DNA from: Candidatus Poribacteria bacterium
GTDB taxonomy: Bacteria > Poribacteria > WGA-4E > PCPOR2b
Direction: 5' to 3'
DNA: 64,000 nt
NCBI GenBank assembly: GCA_965198175.1
Contig: OZ240245.1
Coordinates: 480,001-544,000, forward strand
The position numbers and the translations under genes were made by a program. The notes under the pieces were generated by a model. That model saw nothing but the letters and a program-made list of their open reading frames with translations. It had not been told where the DNA came from and ran no database searches. Below are positions 63,811 through 64,000 of the stretch, in pieces. The first letter of the stretch is position 1. Each line of letters begins with the position of its first letter.

Positions 63811-64000
63811 ATGAATCAATCGTCGAATTACATTCCACCCGAACTACTGAACGAAATTCGAGCGCAAAACGATATTGCGGAAGTGATATCTGATTGTGGA
63901 ATTCCGTTGCGGGCCGCGGGTAAAGAGTACAGAGCCCTTTGTCCCTTCCACGAAGAGCAAAAGCCCTCCTTCAGCGTTTCTCCCGAGAAACAAATCTTCT
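63811..64000 (+). CDS. dnaG: DNA primase, N-terminal CHC2 zinc finger (partial, runs off the window)
   Basis: YIPPELLNEIRAQNDIAEVI...ALCPFHEEQKPSFSVSPEKQIF. Confidence 0.85.
   Translation, partial: MNQSSNYIPPELLNEIRAQNDIAEVISDCGIPLRAAGKEYRALCPFHEEQKPSFSVSPEKQIF

Overview
Bacterial chromosomal window of about 50% GC with AT-richer accessory patches. The gene content suggests a marine-sponge-type symbiont such as Ca. Poribacteria, but that is inference only. In order, it holds: a sigma-54-controlled ZraS/ZraR-like two-component system driving a Cu(I)/Ag(I) CusCBA-type efflux operon; secreted and outer-membrane proteins; an ABC exporter; and a eukaryote-like selenoprotein N homologue split by an in-frame SC-TGA-GSG. 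A decaying accessory patch follows (TIGR04255 cassette remnant, REP cluster, IS1595, KilA-N, truncated DarT), then an MFS transporter, an ankyrin gene, a PolA-like polymerase and an SDR. The most unusual item is an ECF sigma factor gene with a sigmaE-type promoter, followed by a 1039-aa single-chain miniature fusion of RNA polymerase beta and beta' whose catalytic motif reads NANFDGD. After it come housekeeping-type genes including smc, a CUAEP-tail radical SAM selenoprotein, and an AT-rich island (primase-like gene, intact TIGR04255 three-gene cassette, Ntn peptidase, IS701, His-rich lipoprotein). The window ends with tRNA-Gly(CCC), a TPR protein, mutS2 and the start of dnaG. All homology calls are from motif recognition by eye; no database search was run.
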